Below, in pieces: positions 63,111-64,000 of a stretch of 64,000 nt of DNA. Origin of the DNA: Eledone cirrhosa (Eukaryota). The DNA lies in the NCBI GenBank assembly GCA_964016885.1, contig OZ024747.1:47554001-47618000 (forward strand). Direction: 5' to 3'. Each line of letters starts with the position of its first letter. Positions within the stretch are counted from its first letter, which is position 1. Both the position numbers and the translations under genes were made by a program. The notes beneath the pieces are model-generated. The model searched no databases. It was not told where the DNA came from and saw nothing but the letters and a program-made list of their open reading frames with translations.

Positions 63111-64000
63111 ATGGCTGATATAAGAGTTGGGTGTCTGAATGTACGCGGCCTGGGACTGTCTTGGAAACAAGGCAAACTGTTAAACGATCTCAGGTCGCAT
63201 AGAATGGATGTAATGGCTATTTGCGAGTCCAGGATCAGCAGCGAGCACCAACTGGCGCCCCTCTTCGACGACTTTGAGATCTTCGCATCTCTCTGTCAAT
63301 CGGGGGTGGGGGTGGAGTTGTCGTTCTGCTGCGAAAACACCTGGGCCTCGCCATACAGAAGGTGCACCTGGACCCGGAGGGTCGACTGGTGGTTTTAGAC
63401 GTCGGCAGTAGTGAAAGTGGAGCCCTTAGACTAATAGCTGTGTACGCCCCTTTTTGGGCAGCACGGCCGGAATACTTCCAAGGTCTGGAAACTTTTCTGG
63501 GAACGTCCCGCTCCTTGCTTTTAGTGGGGGACTGGAATGGTATCCTGGATGCACGTTGGGACTATGTAGGGGCATGTGCCAATAGAGGGGGGTGTAAAAG
63601 CCTCAAAAGGTTAATCGGCCGATTTGACCTGGCCGATAGATATCGACTAGATTTTCCGACTGTACCACTATGGACGTGGACCAATCTCAGCGGAACATCT
63701 AGGTCGTACCTAGATAGGGTCCTAGTTAGAGAGAAGGATAGGGACACATTTAGCTGTCCAAAAATGTTCATGGTTGACTATTCGGATCACAAGTTAGTGA
63801 CCTGCATAACCAACCTTGATAGAACCCATAGACAGGGACCCGGTTACTGGAAGCTGAACTTGTCCTTACCGACAAGCAAAGCTTACAGTAAACGGATTAG
63901 AACGTTAGTTAAGCAGAGTTTGACAGGGGCAATTGTCAACAACAGGTGGTGGAGCTCTCTTAAGAGAGCAATTAGAATAGAATCGATAGGTTTTAGTCAG
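63111..64000 (+). pseudogene. Tx1-type ORF2 N-terminus (APE endonuclease), frameshifted near 63300-63315
   Basis: GCLNVRGL, then in another frame GVVVLL, VYAP, GDWNG, YLDRVLV, YSDHK, GPGYWKLN. Confidence 0.85.

Larger units (their letters stand above)
61168..64000 (+). mobile_element. Tx1/L1-group LINE, 5' part (runs off the window)
   Basis: Two-ORF layout with gag-like ORF1 and APE-starting ORF2. Confidence 0.9.

Overview
AT-rich, repeat-dense animal genomic DNA. The SINE/LINE repertoire looks cephalopod (octopod-like); this is an inference. The window holds 8 phase-compatible coding exons (19513-59990, + strand, 358 codons, continuing beyond the window) of a signal-peptide protein that appears to be built from tandem ependymin/LolA-like beta-rich repeats. 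One of its introns is GC-AG. The intron after the signal-peptide exon contains the stand-out structure: an intact antisense RTE-clade LINE (APE endonuclease + RT with a PHD finger inserted in the RT C-terminal region). Its 5' end continues into about 25 near-identical 453-457 bp monomers (11.4 kb), the distal ~10 of which are inverted. The inversion breakpoints are in exact register, carry TAG/TA microhomologies, and the whole ~15.2 kb sits inside a (TA)n tract. This is a twin-priming-like signature implying that the giant array was part of the retrotransposed RNA. The monomers carry (CT)n + TATA + Inr, and the unique 5' UTR carries two ERSE-II/UPRE-II-like ER-stress motifs. Also present: further copies of the same RTE (all in (TA)n), partner SINEs, bipartite non-autonomous RTEs, a Helitron dimer, Penelope-type palindromes with hammerhead cores, piggyBac-type MITEs (one expanded into a 72-bp minisatellite), a Buster/Charlie hAT remnant, CR1 and CRE fragments, and the 5' part of a Tx1/L1 LINE.
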